A DNA stretch of 64,000 nt from Scenedesmus sp. PABB004 (lineage: Eukaryota), in assembly GCA_014905635.1 (NCBI GenBank), contig JABVCE010000003.1, forward strand, positions 1,240,001 through 1,304,000, in the 5' to 3' direction. Below are positions 61,540-64,000 of the stretch, in pieces (position 1 is the stretch's first letter; every line of letters begins with the position of its first letter). Under the pieces are notes generated by a model. It had not been told where the DNA came from. It was given only the letters and a program-made list of their open reading frames with translations, and did no database searches. The position numbers and the translations under genes were made by a program.

Positions 61540-64000
61540 ATGGCGCGGGGGACGGCGGGCAAGCGCAAGGCGGCCCCGGCGGTCGCAGGGGGGGGCGGGG
61601 GGCGCTTCCTCAGCAAGGGCGCCAAGAAGCGCAAGGCGGCGGGCGACTACTTCGATGCCCAGGACTCGGACCCGGAGGAGGAGAAGCACGCGGGCCGCTA
61701 CGACGTGAGCGCGCATGTCGGCCGCCGGCGCGGGCCTGCCGGCGCGCGTGCGCGCGCCCGGGAGCCGCGGCAGCGGTCGCCCGCGATGCAGCGGATCCAC
61801 GGCCAGCGACCGCGCCGCGCAGCCCGGCATGGGCGCCGCCGCCGCGCCGCGGCGGGCCCGGCCGCCGCGCGCTGCTGCTGCCGCCGACGCCGCCGACGCC
61901 GCCGACGCCGCCGACGCCGCCGCGCCGCCTCGCGCGCCGCAGCGCGTGGAGAACTACGAGTATGAGATGCCCAGCGACTTTGAGGACGAGGAGATCGACG
62001 AGGAGCTGGCGTTCACCGCGGAGGACAAGAAACAGTACGGCGGCTGGTTCGGCGACGCGCCCGCGCCGAGCGGCAGCGCCAGCGACGGCGAGCCCGGCAG
62101 CGACGGCGGCGGCGGCGGGCCCGGCGGCGCGGCGCGCAAGCGGCCGCGCAGCGAGTTCGACGCCCTGCACAGCAGCGACGAGGAGGAGGACGGCGGCGGC
62201 GAGGGCGGCGAGGGCAGCGAGGAGTATGACCAGGCCGAGCTGGTGCGCGGTTGGGGATGGGTCGCTGGGTGCCGGGGGACCACGCACGGCGGCAGGCTGC
62301 GGGTGGCGCCGCCCGCCCGCCCGCACGCGCGCGCGCCGCCGACCGCCGCGCCCGCGCGCCCGCCCGCAGGAGGCGCTGTGGGAGGCAGAGGAGGCCGGCG
62401 GCGGCGCGGGCGCGCAGCAGCCCAGCGGCGGCAGCGGCGGCGAGCAGGGGCTGAGTGATGATGAGGAGGAGGACGAGGAGGAGGAGGAGGAAGAGGAGCT
62501 GGATGATGAGCAGCACAGGTGGGTCGCGGCAGCTCAAGCGGGCGGGGCAGCGCGGGCGCGCGCAGCGGCGCGGGGCGCGCACGCGGCCGGGCCGCAGCCC
62601 GCCGACGCCTGGGCCGCCCTGCACCGTGGCGCGCGCACAGAGCCATGCTGGCGGCGGCGCTGGGGCGCGACCCGACGGCCGGCGGCGACGGCGGCGGGCG
62701 CTCGCGCAAGGCCGCGGCGGTCGCGCGCAACACCGTGGTGGCCGAAGCATACCCAGAGAGCGAGGCGCACGCTGGCGGCGGAGGTGCGTCGACCGCGCTG
62801 CAGCGCCGGCCGCAGCGGCAGTGCAGCGGCGTCAGGCGCAGGCGCAGCAGCGGCACTGGCAGTGCCAGCGGCAGCCGCAGCCGCAGCGGCGGCAGCCAAC
62901 ATGCAAGCACTGCGTGTAAGGTGGCCGCGGCGTGTTCAGTGCCCGGCTGTCTAAGGGTTTGTGCGAGAGCAGAGCGGCCGATCCAAACGGCTGCAGGGCA
63001 CGGCGGCAGGTGCACCGATCCTTCGCCCTGCCGTGGCGCATGACCCCTGCAGCAACCTGTCGGCCGCACACGCACGCGCCGCCGCGCCACGCGCGCCCAC
63101 GCACGATGGCCGCGGCTGCGCTTGAGTGCTCACCACGTGCGCTGCCGCCGCCGCCGCCGCCGCCGCCGGCCGCCGCGGCGCGCGCGCGCACAGGCGCCGG
63201 CGAGCTGCGGCTGGCGGACCTGCTGGACGGCCTGGGCGCCGGTGGCGGCGCCGCGGCGGCGAGCCTGGGCGGCGCGCGGAAGCTGCTGGAGAAGCTGGAC
63301 CGCGCGGGCGCGCCCGTGTCGGCGCCGCTGCCGCGCAACGTCGCGGAGCGGCTCGAGCGCAAGGCGGGCTACGAGGACACCAAGCAGGACGTGACCAAGT
63401 GGCAGCCGATCGTCAAGGCGCGGCGGCGCCGCGCCGCGCCGCGCGCGCGGGAAGGGGGCTGCGGCCGCCAGCCCCCACCTGCCCGCCTGCCCGCCGCGCT
63501 CGCCGCGCTCGCCGCCCACGCGCGGTCCGCCCGCCGACCCCGCCGCCGCGCAGGCCAACCGCGAGGCGCCGACGCTGCGCTTCACGTCGGCGCGGCACGA
63601 GGTCGCCGCGCCCGCCGCGACGCCCGCGGCGCTGGTGGAGGGCTTCACGCCCAACGCTGAGGACCCGCTGGAAGCCCAGGTGCGCTGCTGCGCCCACTGG
63701 CACCCCCGGCGCGGCTGCCCCACGCTCTGCCGTGCGCGCGTCTGCAGCGAGCGGCCTGCCGCAACGCGCTGCCGCCGCTGCGGCGAACCCCGCGTGCAGG
63801 TCGCGGCGCTGCTGAGCGCGGCGGGGAGCGCGAGCGCGGCTGCCATGGAGGAGGCGGAGCAGGCGCTTGCAGAGAAGGTGGGCTCAGGGCACGGGCGACG
63901 GCCCTGGCGCGCGCCACGCACAGCGCGCGGCGCCGGCTGGACGCCCGCGGCGCCGCCGGCCGACCGCGCCCGCCCGCGCGCGCGCGCGCGCCTGCCCGCC
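61540..64000 (+). CDS. UTP14: U3 snoRNA-associated protein 14 (5' part; continues beyond the window)
   Basis: Acidic N-terminus (YEYEMPSDFEDEEIDEE), EAYPESE and APLPRNVAERLERKAGYEDTKQDVTKWQPIVKANREAPTLRF. Confidence 0.9.
62900..63073 (+). ncRNA. Intronic box H/ACA snoRNA candidate, U70/SNORA70-like (predicted SSU rRNA pseudouridine guide)
   Basis: Lies in the 410-nt UTP14 intron 62784-63193. 5' pocket GUGUA + AAGGG; H box AGAGCA at 62966-62971; 3' hairpin GCGGCCGA/TCGGCCGC followed by ACA at 63068-63070. Confidence 0.75.

Noticed and set aside
3618..63800. Introns considered as an Introner family
   Set aside because: Apart from the one shared snoRNA-like block, the introns share only low-complexity composition and splice motifs, not end-to-end similarity.
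1..64000. Hundreds of long overlapping R/A/P/G-rich ORFs in the six-frame track (e.g. 16579-20130, 45636-48209, 15380-17782)
   Set aside because: Stop codons are rare at this GC content. These ORFs are antisense or out-of-frame shadows of the spliced genes and have no recognisable motifs.

Overview
This is gene-dense, extremely GC-rich (by eye ~75-80%) eukaryotic nuclear DNA with many short spliceosomal introns. It is most consistent with a chlorophyte green alga (inference from intron style, UGUAA-type 3' signals and gene content). Most six-frame ORFs are GC artefacts, so genes were rebuilt by hand across introns. About 20 protein genes are supported: subtilisin (3' part), TBCE, PRPP synthetase, cytochrome b5 reductase, SnRK2-type kinase, a large TKI1/Cramped-like protein, a triple-finger GATA factor, an S1-domain protein, a PPI1-like coiled-coil protein, FKBP, GH89 NAGLU, an SDR, a DUF4097-like protein, a PAO-family Rieske oxygenase, a B3 factor, an AlkA-type glycosylase, a coiled-coil protein, FAM192A/NIP30, KDSR and UTP14 (5' part). 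The main hidden signal is four box H/ACA snoRNA-like elements in unusually long introns. One is a three-hairpin U19/snR191-like guide matching LSU helix 69, one is a U70-like guide matching SSU CCCUU-Psi-G-UACAC, and two are copies of one element in unrelated genes 29 kb apart. Also notable are a 1351-bp chimeric tandem duplication of two gene 5' ends, a high proportion of GC-AG introns, microsatellites placed between branch point and 3' splice site, and four probable G-homopolymer frameshift errors. No database searches were run; rRNA target sequences and family motifs are recalled from memory.
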